64,000 nt of DNA from Perna viridis (GCA_037379345.1 CM074515.1:42475743-42539742); one strand, 5' to 3'. Positions 36,818 to 51,325 are shown, numbered from the stretch's first letter. Notes: a model not told the origin generated them from the letters alone. Numbers and translations: made by a program.

Positions 36818-38511
36818 TTTATAACGGCATGCACCACTTTGGGTAGCACGGAAGACACCTATTTACTACCGCCAACTTCTAACGTCGTCCTTTGAAGAGC
36901 ATTACTTTACGTACTTTGTTAAAACGTATCGATTCTGAATTCGACTTTCTATTTCGATATTTTTGGTTTTAGGTACTTCTTGTATGGACTTTATTTTTCA
37001 ATCTTGATTATTTATTATTTTGGTTCTAATGCTACTCCTTGAAATTGGTGTACAGCATATCATAATTTGCAATATTCATATACACTGTAATTGATATTTT
37101 TGTATTTGTAATTTAATCTGATACTGGAAAATAGTTAATCCTCTATTCAGAGAAAGGGGCGATTGTTTGTATGGTATTACAATGTTGAGTTCATTCCAAA
37201 TATAAAAATTGTTTACTGACTACATTCTTACCACGCGTGCCAACAACTAAAAACAAAAATGTAAATAAACAAATTTATGGATAGTTCATACGTGTCTATC
37301 CCACATATGAAATGTTTGGAAAGCGTTTCGGGGTTGCTCACTTTGTTCAGACGTAAGATAATAATTATTATTTCGAGAAGGTCTCAATATTCTGACAATT
37401 TTTACGCAACATTTTTCCAAAAAAAAAAAATCTCCACCCCCCCAAAAAAAGCGGTTTCTAAGCGATTTAAAAACGTTCAATACATTTCTTTGTGAACTTT
37501 GGTGTCTTCCAAAACGTTTCAAACTAGAAGCATTTTATCTAAAACCTTACAGAAATCGAACGGAATTTGTAAGTTTACACGATAAATGGGCAAGAATCTT
37601 CAAATATTTTTTGTGCATTAGAATTCTCTTGCTCCTAGATAAAAAAGGCAAAATTTAAATAAAAAAAATAAACAGATAGTAAAGTGCCAAACAATAGATT
37701 GAAATAATTTAGCAAAGGCTAAAATACAGTGCGACGTAAAGGACATTGCGTAAGCTGGCATGTTATCTTAAACGTTTTATGAGTTCACAGAAGCTAATAG
37801 TATAAAGTAAAGTCCATAGAACGCACTTGACTTCTGTCAGAAAAAGTTTCAGCATATTTGTTGTTTTACGAATCCCGTGATGCTTTTGTAGTAAAAGTCT
37901 TTTTACTATTGACACATGCACTTGATGGTTACCTTTTGTTTACATAAACTAGAAATAGAAAAACCACAGCCCTAATTTTTCTGTGCAATTGATTTCACTG
38001 TTAATCCTAGAACGTCTTAAAATATCTCGACTATCTTTCACCTGTAAGAAAATGCCAATCAATGAATCCGTATACAATATCACATGACCTATCTGAAAGT
38101 TCGATGAGTACGGATAATTACATACCACATGTTACAATATACTATACGCAAACTATTTATATCATCAACTTCTTCTTGTACTATCAGGCTAGGGTTAATC
38201 AAATACATTATATGGTAATGCACTGTTGTGTAAAGCTGTGTTTACGTCAACCTTTGAAGCAACTCCAAAACAAATGTTAAAGAATCTTGCCAAGATAGTT
38301 TCGACAATATAACATTTTCGGAATTTTTCTCAAGATATTTTGAAAAAAAACAAGATCAGTATATATGAAGTCTTTGACCACACGTACTGCTCGAATTGCC
38401 AAACAGGTCAATAAGAATAAACAGAGAGTTCTATTTTATGCTTGAAGTGATAAAGCAATATTTATGAATGTAGTTTAAACTGGTTTTCTGGCCAGATTAA
38501 GGGGAGGGGGC

Positions 38512-38717
38512 GGGTAGACCTATGGTAAGGGACATAATTCATGAAATCAGTGATATGTTTGTATCATATTCAATTTCACCAAGCCTCTCAAGCTCTCCTT
38601 TGAAACAGGATGAAATCAGTCCAAGTTACTTTGATGCTTGCATAAGATTGATGTAAAATGCTGAATACAAACGTTCCAATGATTTTTAAGAGTTGTGTCC
38701 CTTACCCTAGGTCTCCC
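38512..38717. mobile_element. MITE with ~28-bp TIRs
   Basis: GGGTAGACCTATGGTAAGGGACATAATTC versus GAGTTGTGTCCCTTACCCTAGGTCTCCC. Confidence 0.65.
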
Positions 38718-39352
38718 TCTTTAAACATCGTCATATGAGTGCTAGGTGATACAACTGAACAATTAGTAACTTATGTTAATGCAAAAGATAATTCTCAAAA
38801 ACTCAAGCAAAATATCTAAAAATTAAAATAAAATTTTATAGAAGATTATCAATTTTCAGTAAGGTAGATTACAGAAGACTACGAGAAGAAATCTTGAAAG
38901 TTTTATAGATATTAAACATCAACAGAAGGGAGAACGATCATCTTTTCTGTTTCTTCTAACCGTAACAGACTACCGGCATTCCAATTATACTTTGTATTTA
39001 AGACAAGTGCCAAGAGCGGGAATTATAAAGAATGGCGAAATTGGTAATTGTTTTTCTTCGGCGACAACATTTGTTTGTTCGGTTTACTGTGTGTATGAAC
39101 AGTAATGATATGAAATACTAAAAATACCAATACATATGAAGGAATTATTCTAGTATTATTTAATTGAATTTGTTTTATGCCATTATATGGGTGCTCCTCA
39201 GTAATGTTTTAGGTTTTTTCGTACAACTAATTCGGTAATGTGACGTCATTAATGTCCATCGGTCCGTAGTCTATACAACTTTTATGGTCATTCATACAAT
39301 TTATTACTATTGTTTTAGTTAGCTGCTTTCCTTATCTTCAGTTCATAGTGTA

Positions 39353-39457
39353 CACTCCTTGAGACGTTCACGTTTCCCATTTTAGCGTTCGTTTATCGTG
39401 CGTTTGGTGAGCGTTTGGGTATCGTGCGTGCGGGAAACCTAAACGTCTCAAGGAGTG
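39353..39457. mobile_element. 105-bp MITE with 26-bp TIRs
   Basis: CACTCCTTGAGACGTTCACGTTTCCC / GGGAAACCTAAACGTCTCAAGGAGTG; internal GCGTT repeats; flanks TA and CA. Confidence 0.75.
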
Positions 39458-42400
39458 CATCTATTTTATTCGGTTCGCTACCATTAGTTTGTAGATTTTT
39501 TTGTTTCCTGATTTCACGTGCAGGCCATGTACATGTATTTGGATTTTGACGTATTTGCATTACCCCTCTGTTCACGCTCTGGTATTATTTGGCAATTTAT
39601 CAAATAGTCCCAACCTTTTTTTCTTATAAAAAGTTTATTGAGAATTAAACCTTGATTTAGACATTAATCGATTAGTAGCTATAAAAGAAGGGCTGTTTTT
39701 TTGATCACATAATGTTTGCATAACTAACTTAAGGCGACTCCACTATTTAGTTGAATTTCAATATTTTTAATTTTCTCATTTCTGGGAATCTGAAAAATAT
39801 CTCCTAATAATTCATCTGTACTACGGGGTAAACCATATATTCATATCCCATAAATCATTTAATCATGAACAGTTGCTCCTGTAAAGATCCACTTTCATGC
39901 ACAACCTTTATAGTGTGAATATTCTTTATTTCAAAAGGGTAACAACTAAATAACACATGAAACAAAGACTTGTCACGTGGTCTCTATCTGTTCTGAAATA
40001 GTAAAAAGCGTGACTTAGTGGATTTTTAGCATGTATGAATCACCTTCAGTGTTTGTTTAAAAATGCCTATGATTTTTTTTACTATTTCTTTGCGTACATT
40101 TATTTAAAGAAATAATATCATATGATTAAAGAGAAACTGTTCAGCTCAACTACAGATGTGTCGTATTTTATCGTGTAATACGTGTTAAACCGCTATGCAT
40201 GTACAAACATCTGTTGGTTATAAATTCAAAACGATTTCATACAAAAAGTGAATTAATGCATTACGTCATAACTAGAACATTATTAAAATGACGTCACCAT
40301 TTGGCTTCGCGTTATCTTCTGTAGAAATTGCAATATATTTCTTAAAGAAACGTCTAGATTAAACTGACTTATGTTGACATTTTGTGTACTCATCATGCTT
40401 TCATTCAGCATGTACGTTAACAGATGCGATTTAAGAGGTGTCTGACAACCACCCTCCAACAATCATAGTTTTGTTTTGACTGGTATGCCATGGTGAAAAG
40501 TCAGCTGGGTTATACCATCAGTTAGTTATTAATATATTACTTAAAGTTTGGCATTTTTGACAGTTATACTAATAAATAAAATAAACCAGAATGGAATATC
40601 ATCCGTGGTATCTAGTTCTCTGTGATAAATTTGGCACTGCACCTCTATGATTTAATTTGATAAAAAATAAATTTTAAGAAAATTGCTTCCAAAATAACAA
40701 CCTCCCGCTGTTAAATAAGATGAATGCAAAGCTAAACAAGAAGTCTTGACTTCTTTTTGAGGTCATTTACATTAAACTGAAATTATGAATTTTCAAAATT
40801 TTAATGACATCTATTAACGTTGGCAGTGTATTTAGATTACTTGAGCCGATAGCAGTAAATGTTTTTATGATTGGAAACTGAGAGGCAATTAATTTATCGT
40901 TGTCGATATAGAGGCTTCGTCTTAAGAGGGAGTTTTATCTTTCATTCTACCAGTTATTTGCAAAAAAATATAATTATTGCCAAAATATTTTGTCAAATTC
41001 CTCCTATGCGTTTTAGCTTCTGAAATATGATAAAAACTTTGTTATTTAAGAATATTTATCTCCAATGAAAACTGTAAATCATCCAAATGCGCATGCGTTT
41101 TCGTCGTCTGTGAGTATGTTTGTATAACTCATAACCTACTAGAAATAAAGCCACAACAATCTCGAGTAAATTAGATTGAGTGTATATTTGTTGACGCCAT
41201 TGAATGTTTATTATACGATTTCGTTATAACTATTAGATTCAATAGTTTACATGTCTTAAATCGCAGTTTACATTACATACCATAACAATTACGAACACGG
41301 TTGATCACATTTGAAGATTTTACATTGCTCTTGCCTACCATAATGTATTAATATAAATCGACGAATCATGTTCCTACAAGCACACCCCTAGTATAAATGT
41401 ATTAATATAATAAAAAATCCAATAAGGGCTGACATAAAATGGTCCCTAAAATTTCTGCAAGAGGGTGGAAAAGGGGGTTTCCGGAACGTATATTTCCTCC
41501 AACTCTCGTAATATTATGAATTCAGCTGAACATGGGAAGACAGACCGAGCTTTGATTGAACATCACTACAGTAATCTGTGGTAAAAACGTATTTCATTCG
41601 TGTACATACCGGGTTTTACCTGTCTCGTAGTAATTTTGGTATTGAAAACCCTAGTTAAACTTAGAATCTGAGTATTCGGTTCATCCATGTTTGAAATACA
41701 TTTTCATTGATACAAAAGGACTCCAAAATGTGTCTGGTTTAAACATGCTTCATTTTGGCAGGTTTGAAATACTCTTAATTTGAAACGAAAGGACTCTAAA
41801 ATGTGTCTGGTTTTGAGAGGTTTCGGTTTAGGCAGGTTTCCTAATAATTTACACAATGAACGAAAACTTAATTGTTTTTCAAATGATGTTAAATTAGTCT
41901 GAGAATATGGAATGAATGGGTTTCTATTGACTGGAATAATGTACTTCGCCCCGTGAACTTCATGAAAATTGATAAAAAGACAAAACGATAAAGCATTTAT
42001 AGAGTTTACTTCAAATTAATAACAGAACAAGTGTGAAGCACCACCGTACAGATGAACTTGTACGTAAAATGCTATGATTAAGTGAATAGACACTTTGATG
42101 TTATACCGAAGCTGTGTTACAGATGTTTTATGCTTGTTATTGGACACATTATTGTGAAATCTTTTACGTTTTGAAACATAACATATTTAGTTTTGACTAC
42201 TGATTTCATTAAATATGCCTATTGGCAAATTTATGATGTCTGTTTATATAATGATATATCGGAAATGATTAACCGTAACGGAAGTATAGTGTGCTGTAAA
42301 ACCTGGTTTAAACATTTCCATTGCGAAAGCCTGAACTAAGTCTGGGTAATTGCGGTGGTTTCCAGATTTCCAGTTTTTACCTTGATATTACCATTTCCCT

Positions 42401-43224
42401 TCTGACGATATATACACCCTAGTGTTTGTTATCAATTTGGTATTTTTTTATCCTTTATCATTCATTTTCCCTGAATATTAATGAGTATATATCACGGTAC
42501 ATAGTCATTTTCACTTTTTTTTTTATTGAAGATTGTTTGGTCATGTAATCAGCTTATTATCATCAGTTCATTGGGTAATGTAAACGTATTAATGATCGTA
42601 GATTCTGTCACGTGAACATATTTGCGAGTGTTGATTTTACGGTTTCAAAAACAAAGGCTAGGATTATGTAGAATAAAAAAAAGAGTGGCTTTCGCTTTTC
42701 TGTCCACAGCAAAGATAGCGAACATAAAAGGTTTACAGTATAGCAATTGTCGTCTTTTTATTTGACATTGCTTCTTACATTAGCTTGATATTCTCCCAAT
42801 TATGTATTTTGACTGGTACCTTATCAGAACCTAGGCTGTTAAATTTGAAGATAATATTTTTCTTTACCTATAAATACAATGTCAACCGGTAAATATTGCA
42901 ATTAAAAATATATGGTTTAAAAATGTTATGTATGTTTATAGGTGAATCTCAATTGCTGACGACGAAGAAAAATAAAGCAAAGATGTAAAACACTAATGAT
43001 CTCGGATACTTGCATATTCGTGTTTCAGGAAATCAATTCAACTTCGTTTATTTTTACGATTTCCATTCTGCTTAATATCTATTCCATAATAACAGAACTT
43101 ATTTGTTACGATTTTTTTTCGCGAGTATTTTCTGGCATGGTTGCAATATTTGCGAGACAAAATCGCTCGCAAAAATATAAGTTGGTTTATGATAGTTCAT
43201 GATACTACTGATCAGCTGTCAGTA

Positions 43225-43383
43225 CAGTGAAACCTTTCTAAACCAAACCCTGAACAACCAAAAACCTATCTGAACTACACACATTTTTTTTTGTTTCAGT
43301 TTAAAAGTATTCAACACCGAACACCTTCTGAAGTGAACAAGTTCGACAGACCGAAAGAGGTTTGGTTAAGACATGTTTAACTG
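43225..43383. mobile_element. Complete Tc1/pogo-like MITE
   Basis: TA-CAGTGAAACCTTTCTAAACCAAACC...GGTTTGGTTAAGACATGTTTAACTG-TA; related fragments at 14716, 16205-16282 and 41730-41840. Confidence 0.75.
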
Positions 43384-43569
43384 TAAATTGGCCTACATTA
43401 TGTATGTCACAAAAAGTAAGATGTATCTTAGCTACTCCTCAGTCCAAATAAAGATTAAAATGGCTCTATCCTGCTGCATTACCCTACAATATTAATAGTT
43501 CAAAAATAGTTTCCTTTATTGGGCCTTTCCTTAGCATATGCGACCAAACAATTTGTTATATAAACATGT

Positions 43570-43990
43570 AAATACCAGTCCACATGAAATCCTGACAGTG
43601 TCTATGGAAAAGGTGATTCATGATTTAAAAAAAAAACACTACATATGCTATATTTTCATATAAAGATAGTCCTTTTTGTATTCAGATCTGTAATTTTTTG
43701 GAAACCTTACAAAATCAATCAAATCATACCAGATCAAGAATAACAACTCTTGCAAACTTCCAATTTCATACACAATCTATCTTGAAAGTTCAACAACAAA
43801 ATGAAAAACTAAGACTGTTTATGTTTTCAGTAACTGTTTATGTTTTCAGTAACTGGTTATGTGTCCAGTAACTGTTTGTGTGTTCTGTAACTGGTTGTGT
43901 TCAGTGACTGGTTATGTGTTCAATAACTGTTTATGAACAAGAAATATAAGTAAGATCGATGGGTTTTTGACATGAATGAATCACCTTCTG
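43570..43990 (-). mobile_element. GGTGATTCATG-family MITE containing a ~19-bp minisatellite (43810-43935)
   Basis: Reverse-complement homology to 18871-19174; AACTGTTTATGTTTTCAGT repeats inside. Confidence 0.65.
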
Positions 43991-44689
43991 TCTACTGTTT
44001 TTTTTACTAAGACTGATACTTATCTTTAACTCTCTTTTTGTTTAACATCTATGATATTTGTTGGCGTTAAGGGAACTATGTGATTGTCATTATTACAGCA
44101 TAACTTCTATTTTTTTCTAATTTATACAATCCAAAGCCCTTTTAGTAATACCAAAAGCTTTTCAGTTATTAATAAATTATTAAATAATTATTCGTATCAA
44201 TGATATACATATAGCGAATATATTCGCACTTTTGTTCATTTTTCTTCATTACGTAAATGATACACTATTGTTGATTTCTTTTATATAATGTTCCATCTAT
44301 TAACTATTTCACTGCATCTGGAAAATAATTTAAAATCAACAGATAGGGTGTAATATATCATAAGTCTGTAAGGCATGAAACAGGAGATTGACAGTCAATA
44401 ACCTATTTGAACGAGTTCAATTCGTTTCTTAACTTACAAAAGTGATGTTTTGTATGTATAAACGAACCTCGAAATTCCTTCAGAAGTTTGAATATTAGTA
44501 AGGCTTCTGATGAGTTGAAGTTATGACACAATCATGACTTAATGAAAATTTGACCCTAAGGACATAAGTTGCGTTGGTCGTCTGTCTTATTCAACCTTCA
44601 CGAAGTGTTAATACGAAAATCATGATAATTTACATGTCAGTAAATTAATACAGATGCTTCCAAAAGCTCTGGAAGGTATTCGGTTCCTC

Positions 44690-44885
44690 TCTTACTTATC
44701 GCTGCAGACAGCCCTTTCAAAATTATCGAGCGTAATTCAACTTATACGTCGTTTGACTATCAGATAACGTCGCGTAAAATATTTCACTTGTTTCCAAATT
44801 TGCAAGATTCTTGCATTTTTTTGAGTTTGAGGGCTGACTGCAGCGTCTAGAGTGAATTTTGAACGTCAGACGCATTTCGGAGCTT
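44690..44885 (+). mobile_element. Dispersed repeat, 3 of 3 copies
   Basis: Homologous to 30800-30990. Confidence 0.7.
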
Positions 44886-45785
44886 GATCCTTCCATAACC
44901 ATTCGCGCGGGTACGGGATAAAAACTTATTTCATAGAGAATTTAAATATACGAACTTAAACAGATAAAAACATTGTGATACAATGTTTGTTGTCGCCGAC
45001 GAAAACTCCTTCTTCTCCAATTTTCCACGACATTAAATAATAATAATAATAATAAAGTCTGTTTATTTCCTATGCTAACTTAGACTTTTAACTCGTATCT
45101 CCGTATCTATGTGCATTAAAGCAAAATTATAAATCCACACTTAATTATTTACTTATCCATCAGCTGGACACATGTATAGATATATAATGAATAAACAAAA
45201 ATTTTTCAGTGTTTACATTAAAGTTTTAATTAATAAGAAACTTTAACCACACAATTTTCCGTCAACCATACATTTTTTTTTTGTGCATTTCAATATTGTA
45301 TATTTTAAAACATTCGTGCAAATATTAGTACTGCTCCGTAGTGTATGCGATTAGTTGTAATTTGTAACTCGGCGAGGTTTTGGTGTTATACAACGACATT
45401 TTCATTGAACAAAATTTAAATGTGTCGATCTTCGTATGAATCCACTAGTCGCACAAAAATTACTGAAATGAAACGCCTTACGCTATCATAGGGCAGAAAA
45501 CAGAAAATTAATTTGCCTTCTTTAAATTAAAACACGATCAAAATGCAACGTGTAATTCGATGAAACATTACAACATGTTGTTTTTACATACACGTATCAA
45601 ATTAGGTTAAAAAGAACCATTTCGTTTTACAGAGCGACTTATAAGTCATTGTCAAAATATAGAAATAAATTACTCTCTCTTTTCGTTGATGTCCAAATGT
45701 CGGGAATTTTGAAAAGAACCAATAATGCGCGACCAACTTCACGATTTATCATCATTACGAGATGGTTCAGGTTCATATCATATAA

Positions 45786-46308
45786 AAGAGTAATCAAGGG
45801 AACCAAGGTTGTAGCGGTAATCAAAAGAATGTAATTGAAACATGGAAAACAAAACAAGAACATAAGATAACCAAACTAATACATACAAAGTAACAAAAGT
45901 AAATTAACAACTCGGGATCCAGTAAAAACTGGGAGCATGGACCATGTGCACCGGTAGGAAAATCGTCCTCTGCTTTTCTAGAAACACCCGTCGAGTTGCT
46001 CTTAAACGTCCAGGGCAGACGAAAGGGAAAAGGAAATCTATGACACGTTGAATAAATCAGTTTTCGTGGTGCAGATTCACCGTAAAGATCCTCGAGTTCA
46101 TGATGACGACCATAAAACTTCAATAGTGATGGCTTCAATCTTGTAGCATCATAACACTGTTCCAGAAGCCTAATTGTAAAATATTTACCGCGATACAAAA
46201 AGTCGGTGAAGTTACGGCAAGCTTTGGCATAACGTATAAGTTTTGATATGAGAACTCCATACATAGGTGTTGAAGGGATGTTGTCACAGATGAAAGGAAA
46301 AGTGACAA
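45786..46308 (-). pseudogene. Penelope-like element: RT C-terminal (thumb) region plus 3' tail, 5'-truncated
   Basis: VTFPFICDNIPSTPMYGVLISKLIRYAKAC...LLKFYGRHHEL matches the PLE RT motif NFPF..SNIP..PAYGVYISQLIRY.RAC; frameshifted near its end; followed by the shared tail. Confidence 0.85.
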
Positions 46309-46830
46309 CACTCAGTTATCTTGTAACACCGATCTCTAATACAGGACATGATATGATGCTGACTCAAAAAAGTATTGTATAGCATATTCCGTAGCGGATG
46401 TACGTCAAACGGGTATTGACTTATACTCCACTTTTGTGTACTTTGGTGTACCTACTTTCGTGCATTTGTTTTTATCAATGAACGAAAACTGTTTTTTTTT
46501 GTTCTGAAATACTTAAGCAAAATGAAGATTTAATGCCGTACTACTGTATTTAAAAATGACAAATACCTTCCGCATTAATATCATTAATACGGATTTATTG
46601 TCCCTAAAAGATTGGTGTGATACATCTACCAATGGCCGTTAAGCTCTTGATAATAAGTGTCATTCAAAACACATAACATAGATTTCAAAGTTACACATGT
46701 GATAAACGAGGAGCGGGGTAGAAAGGTACTTTCACTTAGACTGAATTTTATGCCAAATTTGATATTTCTGAAAGTAAAAGTTATCAATTCCTGAAAGGTA
46801 GCAATGTGCAGATTCAGAAGTTACTACAAC

Positions 46831-47500
46831 TTAGTAATATACTTGCGAAGATAGCTTCCTATTTAATCGTTCCAAAATATTACCTTCGCTTTGTACGAGG
46901 GCTCCGAAGAAAGAAACTGATTTAAAGTATATCATGTTCAGGTGTACCTCCTCAATCTCCTCAGCACCGCTAAATACATAAGCATATGAAAATAATTGTT
47001 TCGACACAGTTGTTAATGCTTCCATAATATTACTAGTATTTTCATTTTCGTAGGAGTTGATGACAGAATACGTTACGTCATTAGGAATATAAGCAGTAAT
47101 TAATGATGATCGCTGCTAACCATACGATAAGGGATGATGGATTAGTACAAATGTTGTTTCTCTTTGATAGAAACGGTTATATGTTAACGGTTATGTCATC
47201 ACGTTAAGATTCCTTTCGATCGTTTTTCGTGAAGTGATCAAGTGCTATATATGAAATCTCGAAGTTTTCAAAGTTTTGTTTTGTTTCGGTTTCTGTAGGT
47301 ATTTTAACCGAACTTATAAATTGTGCAATGTAGAGCAAAGCATTACGGGATTCTTCATTTAAAGGAATATTTATAATCCACATGACGTTGTCCATCACCC
47401 CAAGCACGCAGCCAGATTTTGATAGGTGTAAATTTTCTTTTGAAGTTGTAGCCTCCTTATTATCATCGTACATATGAAAACAGTACCAACTGTAGGTATA
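46831..47500 (-). pseudogene. Decayed coding-like segment of unknown family
   Basis: ORFs 47204-47473 and 46831-47025 are bridged by FYQRETTFVLIHHPLSYG*QRSSLITAYIPNDVTYSVINSYENENTSNI, in frame with the second ORF. Confidence 0.35.
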
Positions 47501-47848
47501 AGTCTTACATATTCCTGAGGGGGTGTACGTAAAAAAATGGAGGCTAAAAAATATAGTGCCCCTTTTATTTAGCCTTTTCCTGTTTTTTGTTTCTTCGCAA
47601 ATGATTATCAGTTTTCATCAAAAGTACGGGGTAAATATCAAGCTATGACAAAAAACATCTTTTTAGGTATATTTTATGAACTCAAATTAAAAGTGAAAGT
47701 AGAAGAAGTCTATTTTTAGTTCGACATGTTCTGGTGTACCAAAAGTTCGTGGCTTTTTTTTCTAAAATAGACCTAAAAGTATTTTTGACATTTTCTTAAT
47801 GGAAAAATATTGTCAAAAGTTATATTGAAACGTTTTATCTATTGTTTT

Positions 47849-47997
47849 AAAGAGTAATCAAGGGAACTAAGGTTGTAGGGTAATCAAAAGAATGTAATCC
47901 AGGGACAAAGACCAGACATGGAAAACAGACATATACAACAAAGAACATAAAGTAACTAAAATAATACATAAAAAGTAACAAAAGCAAATGAGCAACT
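47849..47997 (-). mobile_element. PLE 3' tail fragment
   Basis: AAGAGTAATCAAGGGAAC...GCAAATGAGCAACT. Confidence 0.85.
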
Positions 47998-48154
47998 AAA
48001 AAATCATGAAAATTTAAGGTTTACTATAGAAGCCTATGGGGCAAGAAATACAAGACTGAGACCTGTATTACTCTATTTGCAAATATAGTGAAGGCTTAAA
48101 ATGTAATTAGGAACATTGGTCAGCTCACATAGACAACCTAGAATGTAGCTGATA

Positions 48155-48285
48155 ACGGTATTTAATTGGTAATGTTAAATGGTATAAATTGGTATATATT
48201 GGTATGATAAATGTTATATATTAGTTATGATAAATGTTATATATTGGTTATTTGTAAATGGTATGAATTGGTTATGATAAATGGC
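48155..48285. repeat. Low-complexity minisatellite (GGTATAAATT / TGATAAATGTTATATATT)
   Basis: Seen directly. Confidence 0.6.
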
Positions 48286-50617
48286 ATGACGTTACGCACT
48301 GTATTGCGGCTGTGTTAAAAAAAACAACATATATCTAAACTATAAATGACTATTGAAAACAATCAAAACTGTGATTATGTGCAAGCTGTATACTGTTGGA
48401 ATCAGGACAAATTATAATTTCTGAATGTTTGTCGCACATTGTACTTCTAATTCTTTATAATCAATTAAACTTTCCGAAAAACCGTAAAAACGTCAAAATT
48501 CCGTATGTCAGATGTAACACACTGTAGGTCCAAAAAAGCTAAAATAGTGAATTGCGCTATTGCAGAAGGTACGGCATTCGCCAAATTTTGCATGGAAGAA
48601 TATTTTCATATGTTCTTTTTTGAGATAATTATCGAAATTGCGTTAATTTTATAAAAAAAAATGCAAAAATGAAAGTGTTGGTAAATGGTCAGATTTCTAG
48701 AAGTGTTCAGTAATCAAATTTTATTACTAATGTAAGAACTTATTTACACAATATTCTTTTCCGATTAATATTTCATAAAGATGTACATACTTTCAGCAAT
48801 TCTACGCCGGCATTTGATAAAATTTTCAGTACAAACAAAAAGGTTACGTCTTTTTGAAAATGTCTAGCGAAATATCAGATGTCAATATGGTCTGGGTTCG
48901 TTGAGAAAAGTTCATGCTGCTCCAAAGCAATTTCACAATCAATTGGCAATTTATCTACGAGATAATGATACTTTGTAATTGTACATAAACTTAGGAATAC
49001 ACATACTTCATTTTTCATGATTTAAACCGTTTAAAACGGAGAAAATTCGAAGAAAACAAATGTCTATTTGTCGAACTTTCACTATTTGAACGTTTTCCGT
49101 CGATCTGGAAATGGGGAAATAAAACAGAAATAATTTTTTCTTTAAATAACAAGAACCAGACACTTATGCTCGTCTCGGTGTACAAAGTTCATGTATAGAG
49201 CATGTACCTGAAAGAGACAAAAAAATCGAAATCAATGGGATTAAAAAAAGACTAAAAGTATCTTTATTTTGTGTTATTAACAAGCGATAGAATTAACAAA
49301 AAAAAAAAAAAAAGAATAGAATAAATTCTTATAGTTTATAGGAATTCGATCGGAGTGGAATGTCTGAAACGCAAAATATAGTTGAGAGAACTTTAAAAAT
49401 GTATAGGAAAGCATAATGCTAATAGATAAAATGAATGTAGAAAAGGAAGCCATAAATATTTTTTATTTCGGAAATCGCAAATGAGCAAATGAAATGAAAA
49501 TCTTCATCAATGAGCGGCTTTCTAATGGGTGTTGATGAAAGCCCGATTTTCGGAAGAATAGAAAGTTCGAAATACAAAGTTGTGATATGTCCAAATTCTG
49601 CTATTGGTACATGTAACATAAAATCATACATGTATATCAAAATGCACATTTTGATTTATCGCAGGAGAAAGTTGCAATGTCCCCTCTCTAGACAGACGGA
49701 GTGTGCATATATGTTGTGGTTGCATTTCACGCTGCGGTGCACATGCATGTGCAAATTTAATTTACCGGTAGTACTGATAACCAAATGAATTAATCTTTTC
49801 GATTTTTCAAGAAATGTTCAAGATGTTTCAGTTGCTACCAATCAGAAATTATTGTTCATTTTGCTTTACTGTACCTGTGTTTCAATATGCAAGCAGGCCA
49901 ATCAAGAAACGAAAAGTGTCGACAAAAGTCGAATTCCGACGTTACCAAATGTGCCGTAATAGCGCGCGTAACGTATATATTAATTATTATAAATGTTATT
50001 TAATTTTTCATGAACTTAAATTAAATGGCAAATTTCAAATATTAGTGGTAAGTCACAATATCATCCCTATCCCCCCCCCAAAAAAAAATACTTTACAAGA
50101 AATAAAAAAAAAATGGTTATCATACAATTTAGTGTTTAATAGGCGAAAAACATTGTACGAGTCCTTTTTGATTCGAATAATGGTGAAACGCAGTTAATGC
50201 ACCAGACATGACCGTTCACATATCACCAATTCAGTACGAGTACACTTCTGTTCTGTATTCACAGACACTAAACTGTAACCTACTTTGTATATATTGTATC
50301 TTCTAATTTATACCATAACATTGTTTCAATTACACAGCTATTTTGAAAATATATGTGAAGTAATTATCCGAAACTATTACTGAAAAGAAAAGAAAAAAAA
50401 GTAATTGTATGATTCTCTTTCTGAACGTCCGCATACTTTTTTTTTCTGGATAGTGAAACACTGAGGAAACATCCAGTTCGAAACTTCCAATTAAGAACGG
50501 TATGTGATGGTCACGTGACTCACATTGGTTAATAATTATTGATTTATAATAAAAGAAAATATTGTCTTAAAGAAATACTGTTAAAAATATTCATATTGAC
50601 CAACGACGATTTTTTTC

Positions 50618-50776
50618 AGTCTGCACGTGTAATTTATAAAAATGGTGTTCTACTGTCGACACCAGTAATGCTTCTTCATGAAGACATGAATTTGAAATGA
50701 AAATCTGTCTGCACGTGTAATTTATAAAGGTGGTGTTCTACTGCTTCTTCATAAAGACATAAATTTGAAATGAAAA
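50618..50776. repeat. Imperfect tandem duplication of ~70-85 bp
   Basis: GTCTGCACGTGTAATTTATAAA..TGGTGTTCTACTG...CTTCTTCAT.AAGACAT.AATTTGAAATGAAAA twice. Confidence 0.85.
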
Positions 50777-51199
50777 ATGCCTTACACTTTCAAAACACAT
50801 ATGATGGCAATTTTGACATTTATTTTATTCGTGGTATGTAGTCTAACTTGCAAGCAATAATCATCTCGTCATAATAATCATCTGCGTTACGATTTCGAAG
50901 TAATATAGCCTTTCGTGTTAAGTCGATGAACATGAGCGACATATACTTCAACAAGAATCGGCATGGTCAGAATAAAATAATTTTCTTGCGAAAGTGAATA
51001 TTGAGCTTACACCACATATGCTCTTCGACAATCCCATAGTAAACACGAAAGGGTCTATAGCGGTGGTGATCCTAATCGGCGTACTTTTCCAAAACATATT
51101 GTTTAATTGAGACTATGATTTAACACCGACAACAAAAGTCTTAGAAAATCTCGGATACACCCTCAGATAGGATGACCGTGTCTCAACTGCGATGGATTC

Positions 51200-51325
51200 T
51201 TAGTATTAATTCGTTGATTGTTGAGCCCGTTTAGTTAAATCAGACGAAATTCAGACGAATGAAATGTCGGTCGGGCGGACAAGGTGATTCTAATATATCA
51301 CCCGCTCTGTGAGTAGGGGTATACT
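51200..51325. mobile_element. Probable Helentron/HINE terminus
   Basis: GGCGGACAAGGTGATTCTAATATA followed by a short hairpin ending GGGGTATA. Confidence 0.45.

Noticed and set aside
44505-44545. Hammerhead ribozyme cores (CTGATGA here, and near 12313 and 63933)
   Set aside because: No stem II followed by GAAA and no closing stems
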